From Terriglobia bacterium (GTDB lineage: Bacteria; Acidobacteriota; Terriglobia; 2-12-FULL-54-10): 64,000 nt of DNA. The translations under genes and the position numbers were made by a program. Location of the stretch: NCBI GenBank assembly GCA_963666975.2, contig CAXVYR010000004.1:960001-1024000 (forward strand), written 5' to 3'. Below are positions 9,119-18,606 of the stretch, one piece after another (position 1 is the first letter of the stretch; each line of letters starts with the position of its first letter). Under the pieces are notes generated by a model. The model worked only from the letters and a program-made list of their open reading frames with translations, made no database searches and had not been told where the DNA came from.

Positions 9119-10553
9119 TTACATTACTGGCACGGGAATTGACGGTGGCTCAAGAGGATGATGCTTGAATTGGTGTTCCTCGATAACTTGCCGATAAACG
9201 TCAATGTAATCTTGAACCATTCTGGCGAGGGAGAAGTTTTGTTGGATATGGCGGCGGCACGCGCGCCGGTCGATCGTATCGAGCCGCTCCAGCGAGGCGA
9301 CCATGCCATCCAGGGAATCTACCAGAAAGCCGGTTTCTCCGTCTACCACAATTTCCGGCAGGGCGCCCCTCTTCATCGCCAAAACGGGGGTTCCGCAGGC
9401 CATGGATTCGATCGAGACCAAGCCAAACGGCTCTCCCCACTGAATTGGAAACAGAGTGGCTATGGCATGCTGGTACCAATGCTTCTTTGCAGAGGTGTTT
9501 AATTCCCCAATGAAAATAACCTGCTTATCGCAGTCGACAAGGGGCTTGATCACTGAGCTGTAATAGTTCTTCCCGACCTCAAACTTGCTGACATCTACAA
9601 CCAAGTCGATAGAACCCCGTAGGGATTCAAAAAAGGCTTTGTCTTCCACCTTATTTTGCACAGACCCGGCTATGAAAAGCTTGCAACCGCTTTTCCGGGC
9701 AAGCTCAATGGCCTTGTCTTGTCCCTTGTCGGGGGTAATTCTCCCGATCGTGAATAGATAACCGTTTCCAATCGGTGCAGTCGACACGGGGAAGGTCTCC
9801 ACGTCGACTCCGTGGTGAATCACTCGATAGATATTTACCAGCGTGGAGTACTCTCGCTTTTGATGCTCACTAATGGCAATGAAATATACAGAAGGCTGCG
9901 GCTCGTATCCCGTTCCAGTGCTCAGAGACTTCATCGAGGCCGCTCTGCGTCGCGGGCACGTGCAGGGTGACGACGATGGGGAGGGGAGGGTTGAACACAC
10001 CATTGTATAAATGACGCACCCATTCGTGCATATGAACGACGTCGATATCCCCTCTCATCGCCCGTTTCAGGGTGTGAGTCAGATGGCTCAGCAGTAGTTC
10101 CTCTGATTCTTGGCCATCCTCCTGGCAATAGCCGCCAAAACCTTGACGAACCGTCACGTGCCTTTCTCCCACGGTTTGGGAGTCAGCGGAGCACGCCACG
10201 ATGGAGCGATGCCCCGCCGAGGCTAGCCCTTTGTCAACATTGCAGATTACTGTTTCGACCGGGCCATACCCCTGGTCAGGCCTGATAGCTTTATTCAAGG
10301 TGCCTACTTGCAAAACAGCTAGCTTATCGATCGCTTCTACTTTATCTGGGATACATTGTTTTCTGGGCCGAATAGCCGCGGGACCGATGCGTTGAGGGAT
10401 GTCCCCGGTGCAGTTGGAGGTCCTTGTGGGGATCCAAAGGTCATCCTCATCCATGCACTTGCTGCCCAGCCGGGACTCCATCCTGATGGCCATATCAACC
10501 AATCTTCCCATTTGTTGAACTTTTCTCCCGGACAAGCAGCATACATCAACCAC
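9119..10553 (-). pseudogene. Glycosyltransferase family 4, frameshifted
   Basis: The N-terminal part (VLQVG..PDQGYGPVE..GH..VHMH..VVTLH) lies in ORF 9870-10553. The C-terminal part (IAISEHQ..IHHGVD..IGRITPDKG..EPFGLVSIESMACGTPV) lies in ORF 9119-10003. The frames switch at about 9895-9915. True start uncertain. Confidence 0.8.
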
Positions 10554-10804
10554 ACTGTCGCGGCAACGGCTTCCCTGCGAAGCTCGAAGAGTGGAGGGCT
10601 TTCGTGAGAGCTGTCGTCACTTTTGAGGCGGGTGCAGTGGGGCTGCCAAAACCCATTTCTTTTCGCCACACCGCTGGCCTACTTCAAGGTAGTGGACAAC
10701 GATTCATCAGGTTAGTTTCATGGTTTCTGTAGACCGTATCCGCAGTTGGAAAAATCAAAGCGGAGGCGGCGTCGTGTGGAGTGGCGATTGAACAGAGTTC
10801 GGAC

Positions 10805-10831
10805 CCGCTCCCTGTCGGTCGCGGCTCGGAT
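10805..10831. repeat. REP-like palindromic element (CCGAGCCGCGACCG..AGGGAGCGG type)
   Basis: CCGCTCCCTGTCGGTCGCGGCTCGGAT. Its last 16 bp recur inverted at 18334-18349, and related starts occur at 46211 and 51433. Confidence 0.6.
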
Positions 10832-10912
10832 CGGCTTTCACAAGTCTACAGCATCCATGAAACTGGTCGGAAATATCCAGCAGGCCTTTATATTCAGAAA
10901 GTTAAAGGCTGC

Positions 10913-12721
10913 TCAAAAGATAACAGTAAAGCCGCCGCGGAAGGAGCGTTCGGCAGGGAATACATAGCTTGGCCCGTTAGGCGTCTGAACCGGCATGTAA
11001 CCCTGCGCCAGTAGGTTATGGAAATCGGCGAGAGCTTCAATTTGGACCGGCAGAATTCCCGGAGAAGGAAGCGGCTGCAAAACAACTACATTCAGGTAAG
11101 GATAAGCCTGAGCCAGACCCCGGTCGTAGGGATCAATGGGCACGAGGAATTTGTTCTGGACCCACTTATAGGACGTCCTGACCTGCGTCTCTGTCGCAGG
11201 AACGGTTGTACTCATCTTCAGCACGAGGGCGTGCCCGCGATGTGCCTCCACCAAGTCCCGCAAAGCCCGGGAATTCTCGGCGGCCAAATCATCGGAAACA
11301 GCCCGCAGTCCTCCGGCGTAGCTGTAACCCAGAACGAGCAGCGAATTTTCCGACAGTTTGGCTCCAACGGCAGTTCGCGCACCCGCCGAGGAGTAATCGC
11401 CCCCGCTCAGGAAATAGCGGTTCGAGAAGGGATCGCGGAGCAAGCCCGCCAGCACGCTCCCGGCGCCTTGCACCCCCATGGAGAGGGCCCTGTCGGAGAG
11501 AGAGTCATGGAAGGCTGCGGCTTGCAACACGTAACGGCCCCCCAATTCCTGCTCCAGAGAAGCTTCGAGATGCCGTCCTCTCTCCAGGACAGCATTGGAA
11601 GCGCCGTTGCTGCTGATTTGCGGGATGGCCAGCATCTGTTCCATCACGTCCCGGTCCGGTTCCAACCCCGAAGGCAAAACCCTGGGAGCCGCCGCAGTAA
11701 ATCCAAACTGCAACCGCGTTTGTTCCGCAGGCGCATAGGTGATATGGGCAAAAGGACTCCATCGGCTTACTCGGTCGCCGATGTGGAGCGTGTCGAAGAG
11801 CATGCCATAATGGAAGCGGAGATTGTTTGCCAGCGCCGTCTCATCCTCGTAGCCAATGGTCATCGACTGGATTCGCTCGCCGGAGGATTTTCCCGTCTGC
11901 ACGCTTCCCGGCCTGTACTCACCGGGAAAAGATAGCTGTCGCACGGTGGCGGAAAAAGAGGAGTTCGGCCCGCTGGCGGAGCGGCGGTTCCATGCGGTTC
12001 GGAAACTTGAGGCCGGCGTGCCGCGCTCCCAGCCCGCCGAGCCGGCCAGCCCCACGGTGTCAGTGCCCGTCAGAGCGTACTCCATGGCAAAGGTAGTATG
12101 GAGGCCCGGGTCGTTGCCGAATCCGCGAGACCCGGCCCCTGCCGAGACCTGCACCGTCCCCCGCAAGGCCCGCTCACGCGGGTCCTGAAGCGTTGCCGAA
12201 GAGTTCTTGCCGTTTTCTGTTTCCTCCAGGAAGCGCAAGATGGGACGCGTGGGAGCGGCGCTGCGGAGAATCCATTTCCATTCTTCGCGCGCCCTGCTGG
12301 CGTTCTCCGGCAGGCCGACCTCCAGGGACTCGGCCAATGTCCACAGGTTGATATGCATCGAAGCCTGTTTCCCGGCCTGGACGCTTACGGGAGCTTTCCA
12401 GAAGGGCAGGTAGCTCGGCAAGAAGATGGCGACCGCGTAATTGCCAGGCAGCAAGCGGGACAGGGTGAAGCGCCCTTCGCCGTTGGTATATACCTTGCGG
12501 GTGATCCGGCCGTCCCGGTGCGTCGCGGTAACAGGAACACCCGATTGCGTCACGCCCTTGCGATCGGTTACCTGTCCCGCTATCGTGCCGTAGCGGCCCG
12601 CGGCGGCCGCTTGGGCTGGAACGCCTTCGGCCGCAACCGTTGCCGGCCGGAACAAACCCAGCCCGCACAAACTCCCGCACAAACCCAGGATGAGAGGTAA
12701 GCTCCAGCTTCGTGAACTCAT
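10913..12721 (-). CDS. Secreted carboxypeptidase-regulatory-like domain protein with predicted C-terminal beta-barrel
   Basis: Signal peptide; GTIAGQVTDRKG..YTNGEGRFTLSRLLPGNY; WKWILRS..RPILRF; alternating beta-strand pattern; terminal Phe. Co-oriented with the GWxTD gene, 20 bp downstream. Confidence 0.7.
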   Translation of the reverse strand: MSSRSWSLPLILGLCGSLCGLGLFRPATVAAEGVPAQAAAAGRYGTIAGQVTDRKGVTQSGVPVTATHRDGRITRKVYTNGEGRFTLSRLLPGNYAVAIFLPSYLPFWKAPVSVQAGKQASMHINLWTLAESLEVGLPENASRAREEWKWILRSAAPTRPILRFLEETENGKNSSATLQDPRERALRGTVQVSAGAGSRGFGNDPGLHTTFAMEYALTGTDTVGLAGSAGWERGTPASSFRTAWNRRSASGPNSSFSATVRQLSFPGEYRPGSVQTGKSSGERIQSMTIGYEDETALANNLRFHYGMLFDTLHIGDRVSRWSPFAHITYAPAEQTRLQFGFTAAAPRVLPSGLEPDRDVMEQMLAIPQISSNGASNAVLERGRHLEASLEQELGGRYVLQAAAFHDSLSDRALSMGVQGAGSVLAGLLRDPFSNRYFLSGGDYSSAGARTAVGAKLSENSLLVLGYSYAGGLRAVSDDLAAENSRALRDLVEAHRGHALVLKMSTTVPATETQVRTSYKWVQNKFLVPIDPYDRGLAQAYPYLNVVVLQPLPSPGILPVQIEALADFHNLLAQGYMPVQTPNGPSYVFPAERSFRGGFTVIF

Positions 12722-12741
12722 GACATCGCCTCTTGTGCGCT

Positions 12742-14445
12742 CTACCGCACGGTGAATTCGGCAGAAGGCGCGATCGACTTTTTCGTAATATTGTCGGTGA
12801 CCTTCACCTGCATGGTGTACCGGCCCGGCTCCAGGGAGGTGAGAGGCAGCATCTTCTCGACGATCACCTGATAGGGAGAAGCCTCCGGCAGCGTCGCCGC
12901 GTCTTCCTCAAACTGCAAGACCGGTTCGTCGCCCTTCAAAAGACTGTATTCGATTGTGCCTGTCGGCTTGTGCCCGCTGGCATCCGGTTTCAGGTTGTAG
13001 ACTTGCAAATAAATTCCCAGCTTCTGATCCCTGTTGAACGAATCCGTCACCGTCGGCCGGACCTTGGTGCTACCAATCACAAACTGGCCCATCCCGATCG
13101 ATTTGCTGGGAACCTTCTGGATCAGGTCCGCCAGAATCAAGGTGCTGGTGGAGAGCTGGTCTTCTTCGAAACGAGGCACTTCCATCCGCAATTGCAGGGT
13201 TCCCATATTGCCGCTTTTGACGTCCTTCAGCGCCAGGCTCAGGCGGTACAGCCCCGGCCGCAACGGAAGCGACTTCCAGTAAACGGAAGGCTTTTCCAAG
13301 GTCTGTTCCAGCAAGGAATCCGGGATGTCCAGGGACATGGTGTCCTCAAAGGTTTGCACCACCCGGCGGGTCAGCGTGCTGACGCGCCCGAAAATGTTCA
13401 CCACCGCCTGCTGGACGCCGCTGTTGTTTTCAAACGTCAGGTCTTTGTTCGTCAGCGATACGGTTACGCCGGCCAGCACGGTGTCCTCGGTAAGCTTGAC
13501 GAAATCCATGCGCGCCTGGAAAGGCAGCGAGTTAAAGCGAATGTTGGTGGTGACGACTTCTTCCAGGTCCTTGAACTTGATGGCGGGAGCTCTTTGGATG
13601 TTGGCGAGCAATGCCAGGCGGTCAAACTGGTTTCCCTTGCCCATGGTGTGGCCGCCAGGGCTGCTGTCTGTCGTGCGCCGGGGCAGATGCGTTCCGTCGG
13701 TGCGGTTGAAACGGTCCACCTTGCTCGAAAGCCCCATCTGCTCCATCAGCGAAAGACCGGCGCCGGGTATGTGCAGCAGGGCGTCTTTTTCCGACGGGTC
13801 TATGGTCAAACGGTACTCGCCCGTCAGGGTGGGATCGACGAACTCCAACTCGATGTTCTGCCCGACCCCCTCAATGTATCGGTAGCGCCACGTCTCAAAG
13901 GGGAATGTGGAAGTCGATCCGCCGCCTTCTTCGATGGGACGGTTGTAGTGTCCGCCCGAGGGATGAGCGTCGATTTCATCCGGCGGGCCCCACATGATGT
14001 AAACGCGTCCCCGGTCGGCTTTCCAGCCCGGAATGCCGCTGGCAAAATGCTGGTTGACGTAAGCGATCCGGCGGTAGTGCTCTTCGCGGTAGTCGTTGTC
14101 CATCGATTCCGGGTCCGGATTGCGCCGCAGCCAGAATTGCTCGATGAACTGCTCCCGTTCCTCGTCGTTTTGCAGATTCTTGAAAACGTCCCGCTCCTCG
14201 TCGGTGATGATGTAGGAGACGTCCTGATCAATCCACTTCTTGAAGGCGCCCGCTAACTCCCGCTCGAGAGCTTCTTCCCTTCGCCGCCGCTCCCCTTCGG
14301 AGAGCTCCGGCGCATCGCTTTGTTCTACGAGTTCCGAGGGTGATTCGAGATCTGATTGCGCAGGAAGAAGGGTGGGGAAAATAAAACTACCGGCGAGAAA
14401 AATCAAAACGCTCAACGAGCAACAGCGACCCAGCATGCCCTGCAT
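12742..14445 (-). CDS. GWxTD domain-containing protein
   Basis: Signal peptide; KKWIDQDVSYIITDEER, FIEQFWLRRNP, EEHYRRIAYVN, GWKADRGRVYIMWGPPDE. ATG at 14445 follows GAGGGGAG. Confidence 0.9.
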   Translation of the reverse strand: MQGMLGRCCSLSVLIFLAGSFIFPTLLPAQSDLESPSELVEQSDAPELSEGERRRREEALERELAGAFKKWIDQDVSYIITDEERDVFKNLQNDEEREQFIEQFWLRRNPDPESMDNDYREEHYRRIAYVNQHFASGIPGWKADRGRVYIMWGPPDEIDAHPSGGHYNRPIEEGGGSTSTFPFETWRYRYIEGVGQNIELEFVDPTLTGEYRLTIDPSEKDALLHIPGAGLSLMEQMGLSSKVDRFNRTDGTHLPRRTTDSSPGGHTMGKGNQFDRLALLANIQRAPAIKFKDLEEVVTTNIRFNSLPFQARMDFVKLTEDTVLAGVTVSLTNKDLTFENNSGVQQAVVNIFGRVSTLTRRVVQTFEDTMSLDIPDSLLEQTLEKPSVYWKSLPLRPGLYRLSLALKDVKSGNMGTLQLRMEVPRFEEDQLSTSTLILADLIQKVPSKSIGMGQFVIGSTKVRPTVTDSFNRDQKLGIYLQVYNLKPDASGHKPTGTIEYSLLKGDEPVLQFEEDAATLPEASPYQVIVEKMLPLTSLEPGRYTMQVKVTDNITKKSIAPSAEFTVR

Positions 14446-14969
14446 ATCCAACTCCCCTCTTTACTCTAAACCCATTAGGCTAGTTTTAGTTATTGTATGT
14501 AGCTGTCCCCGAAGGAGTCAAGGAAAAAGACGGTTTCTGTTGCGAGAAAACCGGCCGTGATTTGCACTGCGACGCTGCCTTTCCGCTTGCACTTGCGTGC
14601 GGCAGCCGGTGCGGTTCGGTTGCGCGAATTCCGCTGTCCGGTCATGCTGCCTGCTGCCTGATTCTTTGCCACCCTAGATTCAAAGCTCTGCTTGACTCTC
14701 GACCTTAGCCTTCCAAATATCGGAGATCACCCCTGGATTAGGCCTCGACTTTTAGATGCCGATCCAGAACAGCCGTTGCATTGTATTGCACGATGATCGA
14801 CATCTTGTAATCCTTCCGTTGCATTCTTTCCTCCTCTCGGTTATTCGCCGAGTTCTCAGGGCTGATTCTCAAGCCGGATGTATGCCAGGGTAGAGATTTG
14901 GCAGCAGCAAAATAAAGTGGGAGAATTTATGTTCTGTCTATTTTGTTGATAATAAACAAAATATAATTC

Positions 14970-14998
14970 ATGACATTAATACGCTCATATTATATTAT
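14970..14998 (+). promoter_or_regulatory. Putative sigma-70-type promoter for hsp20-clpB
   Basis: ATGACA-N17-TATTAT in an AT-rich tract about 65 bp upstream of hsp20. Confidence 0.35.
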
Positions 14999-15063
14999 GT
15001 AATAACACTTATATAAATAAGGATCATCTGGGTGCCAGAACATCAAAATTTGGGAGGTGCAAT

Positions 15064-15528
15064 ATGTCAGCGTTGATTCGTTGGGAGCCATTCCGGAGCG
15101 TGCCATCATTCCCGGGCCGCCTGGACCGTATATTTGGCAACTTCTTTGGTCGGGGTAGCTGCGGAATCGATGAGGACCTTTCCGTGGGACTCTGGAATCC
15201 CTCCGTGGATGTCTATGAGACCAAGGACCACATCGTGCTGAAGGCCGAAATTCCTGAAGTGGACGGGAAGGATGTGGAGATCTCCGTGCAAGGGAATACT
15301 CTGACGCTCCAAGGCGAGCGGAAGCAGGATGATGAGGTGAAAGAAGACAGCTATTACCGCAGGGAGCGCCGGTACGGGAGCTTTACCCGCAGTTTTACCT
15401 TGCCCGACACGGTTGATCCTGAGAAAATCCATGCCAGTTTCTCTCAGGGTGTGCTCAAGGTAACTCTGCCCAAGCGGGAGGAAAGCAAGCCGAAGCAGGT
15501 CAAAGTAAAAATCGAGAGCGAGAAGTAA
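15064..15528 (+). CDS. Hsp20/alpha-crystallin small heat-shock protein
   Basis: PSVDVYET, LTLQGERK, RRERRYGSFTRSFTLP, GVLKVTLPK; RBS GGAGG. Confidence 0.95.
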   Translation: MSALIRWEPFRSVPSFPGRLDRIFGNFFGRGSCGIDEDLSVGLWNPSVDVYETKDHIVLKAEIPEVDGKDVEISVQGNTLTLQGERKQDDEVKEDSYYRRERRYGSFTRSFTLPDTVDPEKIHASFSQGVLKVTLPKREESKPKQVKVKIESEK

Positions 15529-15561
15529 AGCCGGTCCGGGCAATGTTGCCTCGGCATGCGG

Positions 15562-15599
15562 ACGGAGGGGGCTCCCGCAAGGAGCCGCCCTTCGTTTTT
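15562..15599 (+). terminator. Stem-loop with T-tract between hsp20 and clpB
   Basis: ACGGAGGG-GGCTCC-CGCAA-GGAGCC-G-CCCTTCGT followed by TTTT. Confidence 0.5.
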
Positions 15600-15669
15600 G
15601 CCGCTGGCGTCCGGAGCGGATTGCCGCAATTTCAAAGGAAAAGAGAAATCAGAAGAAAAGAGAAACCCC

Positions 15670-18312
15670 ATGCTGCGGTTTGACAAGTTCACATTAAAAG
15701 CGCAGGAGGCCTTGCAGGAGGCTCAGCAGAAGGCTTTTCAAAGCAACCATCAGTCGCTTGATCCCTTGCACTTGTTGCTGGCAATGGCGATTCAGCCGGA
15801 GGGAGTGGTCGGCCCGACGCTCGAGAAAATGGGAATTCCTCCGGACCGCGTCGCCATGGATGCCGAGACCGCCTTGCGGGCGATCCCCCAGGTCTCCGGA
15901 AACGCCGAGCAGTACGTCTCTCCGGCTCTCAACCGGATATTTCAAATGGCGTTCGAGGAGGCCAAGCAGTTCAAAGATGAGTACGTTTCCACCGAGCACC
16001 TGCTGCTGGCCGTAGCCCGCTTGAAGGAGGACCCGGCTGAGGTGGTTCTGAGGAAAAACGGAGTCACGCACGAAGCAATTCTGAAGGCGCTGGCCAGCGT
16101 CCGGGGAACGCAGCGGATCACCGATCCCAGCCCGGAGGACAAGTATCAGGCGCTGCAGCGGTACGCGCGCGACCTGACCGAGCTGGCTCATCGCGGGAAA
16201 CTCGACCCGGTGATCGGCCGCGATGAGGAGATTCGCCGTGTCATCCAGGTGCTGGCCCGGCGCACCAAAAACAACCCGGTTCTGATCGGGGAACCCGGCG
16301 TCGGCAAGACGGCCATCGTCGAGGGCCTGGCGCAGAGGATCGTCGCCGGCGACATCCCCGAGATTCTGAAGAACAAGCGCGTCGTGGCCCTGGACCTGGG
16401 GTCGCTGGTGGCCGGAGCGAAATTCCGGGGAGAGTTTGAAGACCGGCTCAAGGCGGTGTTGAAGGAGATTGACGAGGCGGCGGGGCAGATCGTCCTGTTC
16501 ATCGACGAGATGCACACCCTGGTCGGCGCGGGAGCGGCTGAGGGAGCCATCGACGCCGGAAACATGCTCAAGCCGGCGCTGGCGCGCGGCGAGCTGCACT
16601 GCATCGGCGCTACCACGCTGAATGAATACAAGCGATACGTCGAAAAGGATGTCGCGCTGGAGCGGCGCTTCCAGCAGGTGCTGGTGCAAGAGCCGACCGT
16701 CGAGGACACCATCGCCATCCTGCGCGGCCTGAATGAACGCTACGAGGTGCACCACGGCGTGCGGATCAAAGACGCCGCCATCATTGCGGCGGCCACGCTG
16801 TCGCACCGCTATATCAGCGACCGTTTCCTGCCCGACAAGGCCGTGGACTTGATCGACGAGGCGGGCGCGGCGCTCCGCGTGCAAGTGGACTCCATGCCGG
16901 TGGAGATCGACCAGATCGAGCGGCACCTCCGGCACATGGAGATCGAGCGGCATGCCCTCACGCGGGAGAACGACCCGGCCTCGCGCGAGCGGCTGGAGCA
17001 GCTCGCGCAGGAGCTGGCGAAGGAGCGGGAAAAGGCCAGCGCCCTGAAGATGCGCTGGGAGACCGAGAAGGAATCGATCGGCAAGACGCGCGAGTTAAAA
17101 GAAAAAATCGACAAGCTGAAGCTGGAGGAGGCGCAAGCTGAGCGCGACGGAGACCTGGGCAAGGTGGCAGAGATTCGCTATGGCACGCTGGCTCAGATGG
17201 AACAGGAACTGAAAGACGCCAGCGAGCGGCAGGCGGAGGTGCAGAAGTCCCCTCGGATGCTCAAGGAAGAGGTGGACGAGGAAGACGTGGCGCGGGTCGT
17301 GGCCCGCTGGACCGGGATTCCGGTGACACGAATGCTCGAGGGCGAGGTCGCCAAGCTGGTCCATATGGAGGACCGTTTGCGGGAGCGCGTCATCGGGCAG
17401 GAAGAGGCGCTGGCTCACGTCTCGAACGCCTTGCGCCGCAGCCGCGCCGGGCTGGCCGATCCCCGCCGGCCCGTCGGCTCGTTCATCTTTCTGGGCCCGA
17501 CCGGCGTTGGGAAAACTGAGTTGGTGCGCGCCCTGGCGGAGTTTCTGTTTGACGACGAGCGCTCCCTGGTCCGCGTCGACATGTCCGAATATCAGGAGAA
17601 GCATTCGGTGGCGAGGCTGATCGGAGCCCCTCCCGGATACGTCGGCTACGAGGAAGGAGGCCAGTTGACCGAGCATGTGCGGCGGCGTCCCTACTCGGTG
17701 GTGCTGTTTGACGAGATCGAGAAGGCCCACCCGGATGTGTTCAACGCGCTGCTGCAAATCCTGGACGATGGGCGGCTGACCGACGGGAAGGGCCGCACGG
17801 TGGACTTCAAAAACTCCATGATCATTCTGACTACCAACGTCGGCAGCTCCTACCTGGACCAGTTGAAAGGGATCGGCTTCAGCCCCCTGGCGGAGCGCCA
17901 GGACAAGGTGCGCGACATCCGGCACCGGCTGGATGAGGCCCTGCGCCAGACCTTCAAGCCGGAGTTTCTGAACCGCATCGACGACATCATCCACTTCAAC
18001 CCGCTCAGCGAGGAGGACATCTCAAAGATCATCGAGGTGCAGGTCGAGACGCTGAAAAAATTGCTGGCGGAGAAAAAAGTCCGCATCGAGCTGCAACCGG
18101 CGGCGCAACAGTTGCTGTTCAAACGCGGCTATGATCCGAACTTCGGCGCGCGGCCGCTGCGGCGTGCGATCCAGACGCTGATCCAGGACCCGCTGGCGCT
18201 GAAGATGCTCGACGGCGAGGTGGTTCCGGGCGACACCGTTCTGGTGAACGCCGACCTCGAAAAGGGCGTGATGACGTTTGAAAAAGCGCCGGTGACAACC
18301 ACGGCACAATAA
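15670..18312 (+). CDS. clpB: ATP-dependent chaperone ClpB
   Basis: MLRFDKFT start; two AAA+ modules ([16 protein letters not shown]); coiled-coil middle domain; [17 protein letters not shown]; GARPLRR. Confidence 0.97.
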   Translation: MLRFDKFTLKAQEALQEAQQKAFQSNHQSLDPLHLLLAMAIQPEGVVGPTLEKMGIPPDRVAMDAETALRAIPQVSGNAEQYVSPALNRIFQMAFEEAKQFKDEYVSTEHLLLAVARLKEDPAEVVLRKNGVTHEAILKALASVRGTQRITDPSPEDKYQALQRYARDLTELAHRGKLDPVIGRDEEIRRVIQVLARRTKNNPVLIGEPGVGKTAIVEGLAQRIVAGDIPEILKNKRVVALDLGSLVAGAKFRGEFEDRLKAVLKEIDEAAGQIVLFIDEMHTLVGAGAAEGAIDAGNMLKPALARGELHCIGATTLNEYKRYVEKDVALERRFQQVLVQEPTVEDTIAILRGLNERYEVHHGVRIKDAAIIAAATLSHRYISDRFLPDKAVDLIDEAGAALRVQVDSMPVEIDQIERHLRHMEIERHALTRENDPASRERLEQLAQELAKEREKASALKMRWETEKESIGKTRELKEKIDKLKLEEAQAERDGDLGKVAEIRYGTLAQMEQELKDASERQAEVQKSPRMLKEEVDEEDVARVVARWTGIPVTRMLEGEVAKLVHMEDRLRERVIGQEEALAHVSNALRRSRAGLADPRRPVGSFIFLGPTGVGKTELVRALAEFLFDDERSLVRVDMSEYQEKHSVARLIGAPPGYVGYEEGGQLTEHVRRRPYSVVLFDEIEKAHPDVFNALLQILDDGRLTDGKGRTVDFKNSMIILTTNVGSSYLDQLKGIGFSPLAERQDKVRDIRHRLDEALRQTFKPEFLNRIDDIIHFNPLSEEDISKIIEVQVETLKKLLAEKKVRIELQPAAQQLLFKRGYDPNFGARPLRRAIQTLIQDPLALKMLDGEVVPGDTVLVNADLEKGVMTFEKAPVTTTAQ

Positions 18313-18333
18313 GGGCGGCTGTGAAGTGGCGTT

Positions 18334-18440
18334 ATCCGAGCCGCGACCGTTTGGTAGCCACGGCGAGCGCTTTTTCTCGCCGTGGGCTTTTTACGAATTT
18401 ACAAACCCACGGCAAATTTGAACCGCCAATTTGCCGTGGC
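18334..18440. repeat. REP doublet (GTAG-type hairpins) next to a truncated CCGAGCCGCGACCG REP
   Basis: GTAGCCACGGCGAG-CGCTTTTT-CTCGCCGTGG (18354-18385) and CCACGGCAAATT-TGAACCGCC-AATTTGCCGTGG (18407-18439), between convergent clpB and mutS. Confidence 0.65.
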
Positions 18441-18606
18441 TTGTATCTTGATTTTCGTGTTACAACCCGCATGGGTCAAAGGTGTTGTTCCGGCGGGGAG
18501 GCCGCCCGTGGCAGAGGCCCGATTCGCAAGGATCGAGAGCCTGTTCGGTAGATCGGCCCCCCGCCCTCTACCAGGCGCTTGCGGCTCGGCCTTCCGCCTT
18601 CCCCTT

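Noticed and set aside
10705-10722. TGA TGA after MKLT as selenocysteine readthrough
   Set aside because: The surrounding region has further stops and frameshifts, which fits pseudogene decay.
14872-14888. Minus-strand CTGGCATACATCCGGC as a sigma-54 promoter for the GWxTD gene
   Set aside because: The spacing fits, but the -12 box is poor and it lies more than 400 bp from the start.
14978-15005. dif-like site (..CATATTATATTATGTAAT)
   Set aside because: It has a XerD-like TTATGT, but the left arm does not end in ATAA at 6-bp spacing. It is better explained as an AT-rich promoter.
15556-15669. N-terminal extensions of ClpB (and likewise of IlvD, QueA, Gnd and the TonB receptor) in the ORF track
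   Set aside because: These are upstream in-frame starts that run through terminators or repeats; homology begins at the downstream starts used above.
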